A stretch of 64,000 nucleotides of DNA from Leptonemataceae bacterium (GTDB taxonomy: Bacteria; Spirochaetota; Leptospiria; Leptospirales; Leptonemataceae). The position numbers and the translations under genes are program-made. The notes under the pieces were generated by a model. It had not been told where the DNA came from and made no database searches. It saw nothing but the letters and a program-made list of their open reading frames with translations. Positions 10,001 to 18,268 of this stretch are shown piece after piece. Where the stretch lies: contig OZ245742.1 of assembly GCA_965227295.1 (NCBI GenBank), positions 128,001 through 192,000 on the forward strand, in the 5' to 3' direction. Positions within the stretch are counted from its first letter, which is position 1, and each line of letters starts with the position of its first letter.

Positions 10001-10684
10001 TGCCTGACGTTCCAGTTCGGCCAGGGTGGATTGATAGTCCGCGTCGAGGGCGTTCAGTGCGTCGGCGAATTCGCCCAGACCGGCGCTCGCATCCGCCCGA
10101 AAGCGTTCTTCCCAGGCCCGACGCAGTTCTATTAACTCATCTTCCGTAAGACTTAGCGAGGTTTCGTCTTGAGCGCGGCGTTCTTCGCGCTCCGCCTCCG
10201 TAAGCGCGGCCTGCGCATCGTCACCGGCGCTTTGCTCTTGTTGCGCGGCCAGATCGTTCAGAAAGGCGGCGCGCTCCGCGGCGAAGTAAGCGTCGGCTTC
10301 CAGTTCCCAGGCGGCGAAGGCGCTGCCCTTTTGGACGTCCAGTTCCGCGCGCAGATAGTCGCGATAGGCGTCCACGTCGTGCACGGCATCCGAGGCACTG
10401 ACGCTCGCCAGGTAACCGTCAATCTCGGCGTCGACGGCGGCTTCCCACTCCGCCGCGAGGACGATGCGCCCTTCCCGGACAATCGCCTCCCAATCCCTGA
10501 TCGAAGAACTGACGGCGGCCCGGCCGCCCAGGCTGGAAAGGCCGCCGGGGTCGGTCGGCGGCGGTGTCAGTTCCGGAAGCGGCTGGGCCGGCAAACGCGA
10601 GAACGGGGCAACGGTCCAGGCGAGTGTCGTAACGACCAGCACCGCGGCCATCCATCGTTTGTGAAGAGTCCGGTTCTTGTTCAT
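4049..10684 (-). CDS. Large secreted polymorphic toxin (TIGR04388-like N-terminus, Hint domain, C-terminal kinase-like domain)
   Basis: 2211 aa; signal peptide, coiled-coil region, glycine zipper, Gly/aromatic beta repeats, Hint domain CLISGT...LVHN, divergent tip of about 220 aa. Confidence 0.85.
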   Translation of the reverse strand: MNKNRTLHKRWMAAVLVVTTLAWTVAPFSRLPAQPLPELTPPPTDPGGLSSLGGRAAVSSSIRDWEAIVREGRIVLAAEWEAAVDAEIDGYLASVSASDAVHDVDAYRDYLRAELDVQKGSAFAAWELEADAYFAAERAAFLNDLAAQQEQSAGDDAQAALTEAEREERRAQDETSLSLTEDELIELRRAWEERFRADASAGLGEFADALNALDADYQSTLAELERQAALFEENLSVMQQLEQDVRNSIAATVDQMEVFLNSSGLFHEESCDSDNHCDVDGSTLNAAGQDLAQLIGDVRGALADGDPLSAVAANILSYMETRRTEAEATSQVWADRVNVDAAQSYYKAAGDPNVMPWEYQEAYTIVEDLKGNRQPLLDFLRSLGGYGDHLDIAISSTYAAGWSPSYPPLSSDAGTNVFSYSDAGIYFRQIGETRDQRYSAFMHTVFGCFGITRYNRLDPCGDPSYPVSYYLVPEQFIQFEVTYVLTDNNARANADTWQGYVDDLNPVITQWQDDLLPALQTWEAQSSSYAANYSAWQAEADAVRSQATAEYAQRRSEITAQRDAWFEDTRRDFLHASARWDDVEDRRAAKALALEDSDAGLPQELAQLVTAAQSANVQRVKISSDATGLREHADSLATEPGSNLPDMSLLKDAAGSLNTSLNGLLNFTYARTVADEAEQLRDQLIDQAYSILSRDYVQNERQEVEYNPYEDVPVLLRPAGWENASATRLETDEEMQQRLERQARMNFSVKILDDGTVVAHRSVDTGQVAWNGGDLTSTTGYDSVQREQIVRIAPPEALKLVSGGDLFEQWDFGAVQAEREAVKQAFYDGAANWLSAAQARMNTAHASKQLGEKLSSQAKQDQAQLFSMLKSLMTSMAGGMSAGDAFIDYAKNQIMGDIAAHWETMTGIPAGFVSALLGGASVEEAMQGYAWQVVGSEIDRITGIKGFGSLLTGELKKKMAAKAARNGPTGKLANSMASMTMGGGLGAMAGLALGPIGMLAGAAMGGLVGAASNDMFGPGIAQPLADTFYDNPMLMDATAFSASMMTNNPGLWYGYQAQKGYYEGGELGSVARMADTALMATQLVGIDASVSYTHADGFGASIGVGGDYGSVGISYSDKNGAGAYGRLGQGDGLSIGFNVSERGGNSINAGYSSGGVKVGLSYNDETGFGVNLGYGLDAGGVGTGQLGLGWNENAGLTGALTFEGENDVGNVNGALTYNERAGFGAQMDFSTGGEGVHDLLTGDGKIRWDETNGLSASFDGAGYTAGYDAQDGWSGGFQQKVGDLSFGYDSKDGWGANLSGKKEDLFDYNDRDGLSSPYLDKVAEDLEQRADEFRQLGDLGKQIDELEDLFKNPGDHVDLDPFGDEPFGSVPDDVAGVWDDWFGNGDSDGGATDGGYNPGDIVVEPPEGGEVAGGGSPVTERGSENYKQQLRETYEVTPDNLANIERVMQECRSQSGAGSEALLAQMACYDRIFDESEVGIAHFDIYRAAGASQSNQVSPGKDTYEPEFYKYIQDVAYSEEHTDRYLSGGVMPFGSFVDLIQKKERDIARARQEGREPEPALLEYVRDAREDLAAELCRAKVGCLLSKDEIQDTALEDYERLLNDAGLSDTLFTWRVEASINGDNGKPREFDAVVTDFLHESAVGRNILKYQQHFQTMQTERIALQRQLREALKAEAEENIAVDDRLAGYENSRQSEREQGLVDEYLEYAVEVGRSILKAITDAPGELAERVREFRDELTNFLNDPLDSEKFFSFMKSTSDLGGDPILGTLINLNPAIGQVLGRFVGVADLVTGTREGDPFTAVMGAWSMASGTRIGNYLEGAAAKGVGAVAGKIVEKGRAKLDKIGVLPCKSCSSCLISGTPILTPDGQRKIDDLEVGDSVIAYDTATGSPREQKVTHVFRDITLVWYEIRVGEDTLTVTDNHPFWMEERGVWVAAKDLTVGDRLRPIDGELAAIQSIKARQLERSEPIYNIEVAGDHNYFAGDAAWLVHNQNSSSSSGCIRCLASGINITLKKLRGTVSDAGWQGNGHYKNVYKIEGQPGKVLGVVKNPLYLAEDDALRLIGEEIANLKKLRNHVEGMKNIEVVNFEAVARSTPCPTSIPAKTCYGYVMDYVDPATHLKFSKHSLKEFFEDSAKLPTPEAREKFLESLKDLRDSFDKEGLTVQDLQGFYDEKQRKFILSDPLEMAAGFEPGKSGNVISINAFLDEMGFPR
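4712..5119 (-). other. Pretoxin Hint (BIL/intein-like) autoprocessing domain, 136 aa
   Basis: Block A CLISGTPILTPDG, block B LTVTDNHPFW, block F/G IYNIEVAGDHNYFAG...WLVHN; the next residue is Gln. Confidence 0.92.
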
Positions 10685-10761
10685 AGCCCGCTCCGCCGTC
10701 GGCAGCTACCGGCGACACGAGCAAGCATAGACGATGTGGAAGAACCGGCGCAAGGACCGGC

Positions 10762-10779
10762 GGTTACAGGGTTGTAACC
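10762..10779. promoter_or_regulatory. Palindromic operator-like site upstream of the toxin gene
   Basis: GGTTACA-gggt-TGTAACC perfect 7-bp inverted repeat about 80 bp upstream of the toxin start. Confidence 0.35.
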
Positions 10780-10786
10780 TTTCGTT

Positions 10787-11821
10787 TCAGCCGTCTGCGG
10801 ACGATGAAACCCGCCGCCCGGGACTCTCCCCGTACCAACGACGATAGGCGCGGTGAAACGAACTGCGCTCCGAGAAACCGAGCAAAAGCGCCGTCTCTTC
10901 CTGGGGAATGCCGAGTTCGCGCAGATACAGGTCGCTCAAGTCCCGACGTAAATCGTCGAGAATTTCTTTGAACGAAGTGCTCCGCTCGCGCAGTTTGCGA
11001 TAGAGCGTAACACGCGACATCTGCAACTCCTGAGCAATGAACTCCACGCCGCCTTCGCCGTTAGGCAGGGCGTCGAGCAAAAGACTACGGATGCGCTGGA
11101 CGAGATCCCGGTTGCCGCTCAAATTCTCCGCCAGTTGTCGCGCACGGCCGCTCAGCAGTTTCTTCAGATAATCGTTCGGTGCGGGGTTCGTGCGATCCAG
11201 GATCGCGGCATCGAAGAGGATCTCGTTCGCATCGCAGCCGAAGTGTACGGGCACGCCGAAGAACTCTTCAAAGTCCGCGGCCCACTTCGGCTCCGGATAC
11301 CGGAAGCGCACCTCCAGGGGCGGGACGCGATCCCGCACGAGGCCCTCGGCCCAGGTCACGGCGGCGGCCAGACTGCGGTCCACGCTCCAGTGCGTATAGT
11401 AGCGCGCGTGAACATTTTCGTAGCGGTAGCGAATGACGCCGTCGACTACGTCATAACGAATGCGATCAACTTCGTTGGTGAGACCGAAAAAACGCACGCC
11501 GACGTTCAGCGCCTCGCGCACGGTTTCGCAGGACAGAACAAAGTTTGCGAGAACGCCCATGGACTTCGGGCGCATGAGCCGGCCCACTTTCAGCGCGCAC
11601 AACGGATCTCCGCTCTGTTCGTAGAGAAGATTCCACAGACGCACGGCTTTTTCCGCACCGATGCGTCCGTCCAGACGCTCGAAGTCCGTCGCCGCAATGT
11701 TGCAGCGTTCTTCAATGAATTCAGGCTGCGCCCCGGCTTCGAGGAGCGCGTCGTAAACATCCAGGAGCTGCGCGGCCGAAACACTGAGTTCGTCCGTCCC
11801 GGACACGGAATCGTCCATCAC
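10787..11821 (-). CDS. AraC-family transcriptional regulator (OruR/ArgR-like N-terminal domain)
   Basis: C-terminal double HTH IAQELQMSRVTLYRKL...LGFSERSSFHRAYRRWYGESP; FFGVPVHFGCDANEILF. Confidence 0.92.
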   Translation of the reverse strand: MMDDSVSGTDELSVSAAQLLDVYDALLEAGAQPEFIEERCNIAATDFERLDGRIGAEKAVRLWNLLYEQSGDPLCALKVGRLMRPKSMGVLANFVLSCETVREALNVGVRFFGLTNEVDRIRYDVVDGVIRYRYENVHARYYTHWSVDRSLAAAVTWAEGLVRDRVPPLEVRFRYPEPKWAADFEEFFGVPVHFGCDANEILFDAAILDRTNPAPNDYLKKLLSGRARQLAENLSGNRDLVQRIRSLLLDALPNGEGGVEFIAQELQMSRVTLYRKLRERSTSFKEILDDLRRDLSDLYLRELGIPQEETALLLGFSERSSFHRAYRRWYGESPGRRVSSSADG

Positions 11822-11872
11822 GAGATATCATAGCGGGGGAGGCCGGATTTCCGACAAGTAAAATCACCGGGC

Positions 11873-12736
11873 TTACTTGAGATGTTTTAACTTGTCCGGA
11901 TTCAACATGCTGTACACCGCGCCGATCCTCTCCCCGTCCGTCTCGAACCACAGCGCACAATAGACGCGGCCGTCCGTGCGCAACACCACGCCCGGGCAGC
12001 CGTTAATGATGGCGGCGTCGCCGGAAACGTTCGGTGGTTGCATGGAGTAGACGCCCACAAAAAACTTCGCGGCGTTTTCGAAACCCGTAATAATGTTCCG
12101 GGCCGCGTTGACCTTGCCGCCGCCGTCCGTGGCCACTCTAACATCATCTGAAAGGATATTTGCAAACGCGCCGACCTCACCGCTCTGACAGGCCGCAAGA
12201 AAGGCCTCCAACAATCGCCGACCCTCCTCCGCCCCGGGCCGCACGTGTTTGCGTCGCCGCTTCGCCACGGCCTGGCGCGCGCGATGCAGAATTTGCCGGC
12301 AGTTCTCCGGAGTTTTCTCCACCACCTCCGCAATCTCGTCGAAGGGCGCGTCGAAACTCTCGCGCAACAGATACACGGCGCGTTCCACCGGCGACAGCGC
12401 CTCCAGCACGATCAAAAAAGCCGCCGACAGATTGTCCCGCGTCTCTAACATATTTTCAGGGGAACTTTGATCCACCGAGACCACCAGGGGCTCGGGCAAC
12501 CAGGTCCCCGGATATACCTCCCGCTGCGATCGGGCCGAACGCAAGACGTCGATGCAGCGCCGTGTTACGATCGTGCGCAGGAAACCCGCCGGATTGCGAA
12601 CGGCCGCCGTATCCTGTTCCAGCCAGCTCACGCAGGCATCCTGCAAGACGTCCTCGGCCTCCATGACGCTGCCGAGCATACGATAGGCCACGCCGAATAA
12701 CATCGGCCGGTGTTCCGTGAATACCTTTGAGCTCAT
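11873..12736 (-). CDS. sigJ: ECF41/SigJ-family RNA polymerase sigma factor with SnoaL-like C-terminal extension
   Basis: AYRMLGSVMEAEDVLQD, WLPEP, DGGGK and NPDKL motifs characteristic of ECF41. Confidence 0.92.
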   Translation of the reverse strand: MSSKVFTEHRPMLFGVAYRMLGSVMEAEDVLQDACVSWLEQDTAAVRNPAGFLRTIVTRRCIDVLRSARSQREVYPGTWLPEPLVVSVDQSSPENMLETRDNLSAAFLIVLEALSPVERAVYLLRESFDAPFDEIAEVVEKTPENCRQILHRARQAVAKRRRKHVRPGAEEGRRLLEAFLAACQSGEVGAFANILSDDVRVATDGGGKVNAARNIITGFENAAKFFVGVYSMQPPNVSGDAAIINGCPGVVLRTDGRVYCALWFETDGERIGAVYSMLNPDKLKHLK

Positions 12737-12785
12737 TTTTTGCACCACCGAGGCTCGATGGAAAATCCTCTTAATAAGTCGTCAC

Positions 12786-12806
12786 AAAACCGCCTCCGTG
12801 CGGTTT
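12786..12806 (-). terminator. Hairpin between the oxidoreductase and sigJ (possible terminator/attenuator)
   Basis: AAACCGC-acggag-GCGGTTTT on the minus strand just after the oxidoreductase stop. Confidence 0.45.
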
Positions 12807-12817
12807 CGAGACCAGCT

Positions 12818-14158
12818 CTAAGCCACTAACTTCTCGTGCGCGCTGCTTAACACGGCCCCCGCCGCCGCTCGGGCCGAGGCGCAGGCCGCGTCCGCCAGCA
12901 TGCCCTCGTCGCCGGCCCAGTCACCCGCAAAAAAGATCCCCGGCACTTCGTCCCAAACCACCGCCGGCCGACCCGCGAGGCCCCCGCGCCGGTAGTCCGG
13001 CAGACCGTGGGATACAGTCATCTTCGGCAGGAACTGCTCCGCCTCGACGTCGTCCCGCCAGCCGGGGGCCAGACGATCCATAAGGTCCTCGATCTCCCCG
13101 CGCCAGGCCGCCGCATCGCCGCCTTCGGCGTGCGAAAGATACTTCGCGGCGTGCAACATGATGCGCCCCTCCGGCTGCAAGCGCGCGGCGTACGAATGCA
13201 CCGAAAAGTACAGGTTGCGATCGAAGTCCAGGGTCACGGCCGTGCGCTCGCTTAACTTAAGCAGACCCAGATCTAACGAAGCCAGCCGCGCCGGCACGAG
13301 ATCATCGAACGCGGACGGCACCGGCAAATCCCCCGCGCGCAGAATCCGCGCGATCACCGAAGGCGCACAGGCGAAGATCACGGACGCGGCGCCGTAGGCT
13401 CGACCATCGTCGCCATCGCCCGAAAGCACGAAGCCGCCGTCTACAGACCGCCGGAGCGCCGCTATGCCCGTACCTTCACGCAACTCCACGCCGGCGGCAA
13501 CAACCGCCGCGCGCAGATTCTCCACAAAACTCTGCCAGCCATGATCGACGTAGTACACCCCGCCCGCGGCCATACGCATTTGTTTGATCGCGGCGTCGGC
13601 GCTGAGTACGTCCATATCCGCGGCATAGGTGGAGAGTCTCGCAATGCCCTCGAGGAACGCGCGGGCCACGGGCGAGGCCGTGCGTCGTTCGACCCAGGTG
13701 CGAAAGCTTTCGAACCGACGTTGCTCCGGATTGTCGCGGAAGATGGCGGCATAACTTTTCAAAATACCCCACTTGTCGTGCAGACTCATGCGACCGTTCA
13801 TGAGAATCGTGGGCGCGGAGTACGGCAGATCATACAACTCCCCGCTTTGAATGAACCGACTGCCGGCAATGCCCGGCAACTTACCGGACCAGTCAATGTT
13901 CAGCTCTTCCAGGATCCGGCGCGCCGCGCCGTCTTTGTACAGGGCGTGCGGGCCGAGATTCATCACGAAACCGTTGCGTTGTTTGCTGCGCGCCCGACCG
14001 CCGACGTCCGTACTGCGTTCGAACAACGTAACCTGTCGACCGGCGCGCGCCAGGTAGAGCGCCGCCGTTAAACCGGCCACTCCGCCGCCGATCACCGCGG
14101 TGCGGCCCGGCGCGTTGCCGTTGCTTTCTAAAGATTTTTTTGAATTCCGGTGGACCAT
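12818..14158 (-). CDS. FAD-dependent oxidoreductase (phytoene desaturase/amine oxidase-like)
   Basis: AVIGGGVAGLTAALYLARAG...FERSTDVGGRA Rossmann motif; FFAGDW; GGAGG RBS before the ATG at 14158. Confidence 0.88.
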   Translation of the reverse strand: MVHRNSKKSLESNGNAPGRTAVIGGGVAGLTAALYLARAGRQVTLFERSTDVGGRARSKQRNGFVMNLGPHALYKDGAARRILEELNIDWSGKLPGIAGSRFIQSGELYDLPYSAPTILMNGRMSLHDKWGILKSYAAIFRDNPEQRRFESFRTWVERRTASPVARAFLEGIARLSTYAADMDVLSADAAIKQMRMAAGGVYYVDHGWQSFVENLRAAVVAAGVELREGTGIAALRRSVDGGFVLSGDGDDGRAYGAASVIFACAPSVIARILRAGDLPVPSAFDDLVPARLASLDLGLLKLSERTAVTLDFDRNLYFSVHSYAARLQPEGRIMLHAAKYLSHAEGGDAAAWRGEIEDLMDRLAPGWRDDVEAEQFLPKMTVSHGLPDYRRGGLAGRPAVVWDEVPGIFFAGDWAGDEGMLADAACASARAAAGAVLSSAHEKLVA

Positions 14159-14183
14159 GTTCCAACCTCCTGTCACAGCGAAT

Positions 14184-14210
14184 GTCGAAACAGGAGCGCA
14201 GACTGTGACA
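14184..14210 (-). promoter_or_regulatory. ECF41-type promoter driving the oxidoreductase-sigJ unit
   Basis: Minus strand reads TGTCACA-N16-CGAC; ECF41 consensus is TGTCACA-N16-CGTC. Confidence 0.7.
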
Positions 14211-15986
14211 TCATCCGAAAAAAAAATCACATCGTTTTTATTGAGCATGATTCTACCGCCCCTGCTCTTCGGCGCGGCCTGCTCGGGTTCTCAGGAGCGC
14301 GGCGGTGTCGACCCGGGCGAGGGCACGCCGCAGGAATCGACGAACGGTTACAACCTGGAAGGAGCGGCCTTTCGTACGCTGGAGGGCATCGTCGACACGC
14401 GCCGCAGCGGCGAGGCCTGCGAACCCGGTTGCGTCTCCGGCGACTGCGAGAACGGCGGCGGAACCTACGTCTATCCCAACTGCGCGGCCTACGCCGGCGG
14501 CTGGTCCGCGGGTCGCCGTAGCGGAGCCGGCGCGCATCTCTACGAAAACGGCGACCGGTACGCCGGCGGCTTCAAAGACGACCGGCGCGATACCAGCGGC
14601 AAGGCCGACGCCCTCTACGGCTTCGCGTCGGGGGATCGTTACAACGGCGCTTTTCGGGACGGTCGGCCCACCGGTCAGGGGACGTATACTTTCCAGGACG
14701 GCCGTGTGTTCCGCGGCAACTTCGATCAGAGCGGCACCGGCACCGGCACGCTGAGCCTGCCGGATGGCGGCAAACGCGACTGCACGTTGCGCGGCGCCGT
14801 CCTCGATTGCGCGGAGCCGGCGAAGACCACAAAGCCCGCTGAGACCGAAGCAAAGAAAACAGAGCCCACCGACAATACCTCCGCGTTCGTTCCGGACCGC
14901 GGCTACGTACTCGTGCTCTACGCCCCGCAGGATGCCGTCGTAACTCGCAACGGCAAACAGTTAAGCACCGGCGCCGGCATGGCCCTGTATCCCGGTGACA
15001 CCATCGAATCCCGGGCCACACCGGTGGAGCTCCAGGCCCGGGACGGCGTGGCCCTGCGCCTGCGTCCGTTTTCCATTCTCTACATTCCGCCGGACGCCAA
15101 TCAAAGCCGTACGCTCATTCTCCGCCAGGGCGGCGTGCTCGCGGACTACGACTCCGAAAAGGGTGATCCGCCGTTCCGCATCAAAGCCGCCGGTGCCAGG
15201 TTCGATGTGGACGGCACCACCTTCGTCGTGGAGATCGACGGCGAAAAAGGCACGGCGAAGGTCCGCGTTTTGGAGGGCCGGGTTCGCATGCGTCCGGATG
15301 TGGAAGCCCTGGAGGAAGCGCGCAAGGAAGCCGCAAAGAATCCCGACAGTCCCGAGGCCCAGGCCGCTTTGATTGCCGCCGAAGAAGCCGTCAAAGCCGC
15401 CGAGGTGAACGTCAGTGAAAACGAGGAGGCCGAGTTCGACGAGGCCGACCAGCGCCGCACGAAAGACCTGAACGAGGCCGTGCAGGAAATCCGCAACGCC
15501 CGGGAAAGCGGCGCCGACTCCGGAGCCGCGGCGGAAAGTCTAACTTCCGCCGCCGAACAGTTAAAGAATGCACCGCAGACCGAACCGAAAAAGTTCGAAC
15601 CGGACCCGCGCGAAGTCGGCGAACGTCGACTCATCATCTCGGTGGACAACGCCATCTTCAATCGCGCCCTGTCCGAGCAACGCGGCGGCAAAGAGGCGTC
15701 GGCGAGTACGCGGGATCGCGTCGGCAAGGCCTACGACGAGAGCCTGGACAAAGCCGCGAACAAACTCGAGCAAGACCTGGCCGATCCGAGCATAAAAACC
15801 CGTGAAGACCTGCTCAAACGGTACGAAATTCTGGAAATCGTTGTCTTTCGCAACGGAGACGAAAAGGCCGGCTCCATCGTCGCGCAGGCGGGAGAGATTT
15901 TGATTCTGCACGCCCTGGATGGAGTCTTCCGCGTAAATCGCGATGAGATCAAACACGTGGACTTTTTGGATGTAGAGCAGGAATAA
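14205..15986 (+). CDS. MORN-repeat plus FecR-domain lipoprotein (LipL45-like)
   Basis: GTG start 8 nt after AGGAG; lipobox FGAAC; MORN repeats; FecR-like LYPGDTIES...VDGTTFVVE...VRVLEGRV. Confidence 0.8.
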   Translation: MTSSEKKITSFLLSMILPPLLFGAACSGSQERGGVDPGEGTPQESTNGYNLEGAAFRTLEGIVDTRRSGEACEPGCVSGDCENGGGTYVYPNCAAYAGGWSAGRRSGAGAHLYENGDRYAGGFKDDRRDTSGKADALYGFASGDRYNGAFRDGRPTGQGTYTFQDGRVFRGNFDQSGTGTGTLSLPDGGKRDCTLRGAVLDCAEPAKTTKPAETEAKKTEPTDNTSAFVPDRGYVLVLYAPQDAVVTRNGKQLSTGAGMALYPGDTIESRATPVELQARDGVALRLRPFSILYIPPDANQSRTLILRQGGVLADYDSEKGDPPFRIKAAGARFDVDGTTFVVEIDGEKGTAKVRVLEGRVRMRPDVEALEEARKEAAKNPDSPEAQAALIAAEEAVKAAEVNVSENEEAEFDEADQRRTKDLNEAVQEIRNARESGADSGAAAESLTSAAEQLKNAPQTEPKKFEPDPREVGERRLIISVDNAIFNRALSEQRGGKEASASTRDRVGKAYDESLDKAANKLEQDLADPSIKTREDLLKRYEILEIVVFRNGDEKAGSIVAQAGEILILHALDGVFRVNRDEIKHVDFLDVEQE

Positions 15987-16001
15987 ATCACATTCCGTGC
16001 G

Positions 16002-16060
16002 CCAGGTTTTTCAGACTCTCCGGATTGGGAAAATCGTATACGTCGATCTGCCCGATGCGG
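16002..16060 (-). repeat. 59-bp remnant copy of the flgG-like gene (second copy at 25357-25415)
   Basis: 52/59 nt identical; encodes RIGQIDVYDFPNPESLKNL versus RVGRIDVYDFPNPEGLKNL. Confidence 0.85.
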
Positions 16061-16171
16061 TTTGCGGGGGTTCGCAGCCGGAAATTGGTTGTCACGCGAC
16101 CCGCGCAGAACCATGCCGCTATCGTGAAACCTGATAGCATCCGGCATGAGTCTGTCCGGAAAGCCATCCTC

Positions 16172-18268
16172 GTGAAACCTCCATCGCTGACTGCCGGACT
16201 GAGCCGGGCCGCGCGGAGCCCGCACTTCTGGGCGGTAACCATCATTCTGGGCAAGGTCCTGGTCTGCCTGCCGTTCTCTTCAGACTACGTCGACGTTTTG
16301 TTCTACCCCTTTCTGGAGACCTTCGTGACGGGAATCCTCGCAGGTCAGCCCGTCAATCCATGGGCTGCCTCGATCGCCACGTTGCCGGATGCGTTTCCGT
16401 ACCACCCCGGGATGCTCTACCTGTACGGCGCGGCGATCCTGCCCACCGGGCTGCTGCCGGGGAACCTGCTCTGGCTGAAGTTGTGGTTCGTCCTGCCCGC
16501 CGCCGCAGCCGACGCCATGATCCTGTTCACGCTGCTGCGGTTCTTCCCGGAGCGACGCTGGGCGATCAACATCCTCTATGGTCTTTCGCCGATCCTCTTC
16601 TACTCCATCTACCTGCACGGTCAACTGGACCTGTGGCCCACGGCGCTGCTCTTTCTGTCGTGCTACTTCCTGATTCGACGCGGGCCGGTGGGAGCGGCGG
16701 TCCTGATGGGACTGGCCGTCTCCATGAAGCTGCATGTGGCGGCTGCTCTGCCACTGATCGTCGTGTTTCTCTATCGTCGCCGGGGGCTGTTGCCCACCGC
16801 TCGGTTCCTGCTCGGATTCGGATTAACTTTCGGTGTGTTGAGCCTACCGTGGTACCTGGATGAATCCTTCCGTGGGATGGTACTGCAGAACCCCAAGCAA
16901 GACCTGTTGTTCCAGGCGGCACGCCTGGAAAATGGACAGGATCCGCTCTACATCAGCCTCCTCGTCATCCTGCTCATCTACATGCGGTTCTTCGCCTACC
17001 GCAAGATCAATGCCGACCTCTTCTTCAGCTGGATGGCCTGCCTCTTCGCGGTCTTCGTGCTGATCATCCCTCCGGCGCCCGGCTGGTACGCGTGGATAGT
17101 CCCGCTGCTGACCTACTTCTACCTGAAATTCGTGAGGAACGACCGACACCTGCTGTACCTGAGCGGCTTTCTCGCCGCGGCGTACCTGGCATACTTCGTG
17201 CTCGTCTGGCAGGGAGACTACGTGGACCTCGCATTGCTCGGGGAGCCGCTGCAATTCAAGCTGACTTCGATCCGGACCGGCGGTGTGCTGTATACCGTCC
17301 TGCAGGCGGCCTTGCTGGCCAACCTGCTGTATGTATACCGCTTCGGCGTAAGATCGAACGCAATCTACCGGCGCCCCGGCCCGATCCTGATCGGCATCGG
17401 CGGAGACAGCGGCGCGGGCAAGTCAACGCTGAAGCAGAGCTTCCACAGGCTGCTCGCTCCTTCGATTACGACGCTGGAGGGAGACGCCGAACATCGCTGG
17501 GAACGGGGTGATCCAAACTGGGACGACTACACCCACCTGAACCCGCGCGCCAACTTTCTCAGACGTCAGGCGGACTTTCTGCACCGCCTCAAGACAGGCG
17601 AGGCGATTCTGCGCAGCGACTATCAACACAGTACCGGTCGCTTTTCTCCGGCACGCTTCATCCGCCCCGCCGACTTCATCATTCTGAGCGGCTTACACCC
17701 GTTCTATCTGCCGCGCATGCGCAAACTGATCGACATCAAGATATTTCTCGATACGGACGAACCCCTCCGTCGCCACTGGAAGATCCAGCGCGATCACGCC
17801 CAGCGCGGACACCCCATCGCGAAAATTGAAGAGCAGCTCCGTACGCGCGCTCGCGATGCCGAACGGTTCATTCACCCGCAGAAAGGATTTGCGGATATGG
17901 TCATCGAGTACCGGCCCGCGGGAGACCTGAGCCCGGAGCGCGAGCTTTCACCGGCAGACTTGCGCCTGCGGATTACTCTACAGGCCGACCTGCATATTGA
18001 GGAAATGGTGCACGAGATGGAGAAGGAGTCGTGGCTGGAGGAATGGGATTACCTGGACAGCCTGCGCGGGCAGTTCTTTTCCTTCGCAGGCGCACCCGGG
18101 CCGGAGCAGCTTCAATCTTTTGCGCGACGATTTGTCGACAGCTACACGGACCTCTTTCCTTCCGAACCGCACTGGGACGCAGGGTATCCAGGCATCATCC
18201 AGTTGTTCGTGGTCGTGATGATCGATCACTGCCTCAAGGAGGCTCCGAATGAGGCAACGGCGCTTTGA
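16172..18268 (+). CDS. Fusion of a GT-C (GT87-like) membrane glycosyltransferase and a phosphoribulokinase/uridine kinase domain
   Basis: N-terminal multi-TM region with SSDY, FPYHP, HGQLD; C-terminal IGIGGDSGAGKST, GLHPFY, WKIQRDHAQRGH, FIHPQKGFAD; start uncertain (16025-16172). Confidence 0.82.
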   Translation: MKPPSLTAGLSRAARSPHFWAVTIILGKVLVCLPFSSDYVDVLFYPFLETFVTGILAGQPVNPWAASIATLPDAFPYHPGMLYLYGAAILPTGLLPGNLLWLKLWFVLPAAAADAMILFTLLRFFPERRWAINILYGLSPILFYSIYLHGQLDLWPTALLFLSCYFLIRRGPVGAAVLMGLAVSMKLHVAAALPLIVVFLYRRRGLLPTARFLLGFGLTFGVLSLPWYLDESFRGMVLQNPKQDLLFQAARLENGQDPLYISLLVILLIYMRFFAYRKINADLFFSWMACLFAVFVLIIPPAPGWYAWIVPLLTYFYLKFVRNDRHLLYLSGFLAAAYLAYFVLVWQGDYVDLALLGEPLQFKLTSIRTGGVLYTVLQAALLANLLYVYRFGVRSNAIYRRPGPILIGIGGDSGAGKSTLKQSFHRLLAPSITTLEGDAEHRWERGDPNWDDYTHLNPRANFLRRQADFLHRLKTGEAILRSDYQHSTGRFSPARFIRPADFIILSGLHPFYLPRMRKLIDIKIFLDTDEPLRRHWKIQRDHAQRGHPIAKIEEQLRTRARDAERFIHPQKGFADMVIEYRPAGDLSPERELSPADLRLRITLQADLHIEEMVHEMEKESWLEEWDYLDSLRGQFFSFAGAPGPEQLQSFARRFVDSYTDLFPSEPHWDAGYPGIIQLFVVVMIDHCLKEAPNEATAL

